64,000 nt of DNA from Octopus sinensis (lineage: Eukaryota): NCBI RefSeq assembly GCF_006345805.1, contig NC_043021.1:15190001-15254000 (forward strand), given 5' to 3'. Below, one piece after another: positions 63,651 to 64,000 of the stretch (its first letter is position 1; each line of letters opens with the position of its first letter). Below the pieces are notes generated by a model that worked only from the letters and a program-made list of their open reading frames with translations, had not been told where the DNA came from and did not search any database. A program made the translations under genes and the position numbers.

Positions 63651-64000
63651 TGCTGTCAAATATGATGCCTATTTGTTCAGATTATTTTGAATTAATCATG
63701 CATTATCTCATGGCTTTGAGATTTTGATGAATTGATTATTATTTTTAGAATTACATTGTAGGTTAGGTGTGAGAGGCTGGATCTGGTCAGTTTGAACATG
63801 AAACAGTTTAGAATACTTGGACTGGGTATGACTGGTTTAGATGCTTAAGGTAACCCTTTTGATACCAACCTGCCTGAAACCGTTTCTGGCTCTGTAGTAC
63901 AAATGTCTTGCTTTCAAAAGTTCTGAATTAAAATCTTCCACCAAACCTTAGTCACAATTTATGTTCCTAACACTAGCTTAATGATAACTAGGTTATTTTA

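Overview
A eukaryotic, very AT-rich, repeat-saturated window with no host protein-coding exon I can support. The SINE families, (TA)/(TG)/(TATG) microsatellites and MITEs match my recollection of octopus (coleoid cephalopod) intronic/intergenic DNA; this is an inference, not a database result. Most ORFs in the track are translations of microsatellites or SINEs. Real coding remnants are a 5'-truncated CR1-type reverse transcriptase (22989-24607, +, nested in a SINE) and RTE-clade LINE 3' fragments (3280-3812 and 33425-33835, both -). There are at least four tRNA-like or (GAT)n-tailed SINE families, TTAA-flanked piggyBac-type MITEs, hAT and Tigger-like MITEs, a 313-bp foldback element, and several tandem amplifications. 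The most interesting signal is that three unrelated short repeat families each carry a minimal type-I hammerhead ribozyme fold. One family (two copies) has a compensatory G3:C8 swap in the catalytic core. Another sits behind a tRNA-like Pol III head, i.e. a hammerhead-bearing SINE. Ribozyme activity is inferred from fold and core conservation only. Repeat boundaries are read by eye and approximate unless a TSD/TIR is quoted.
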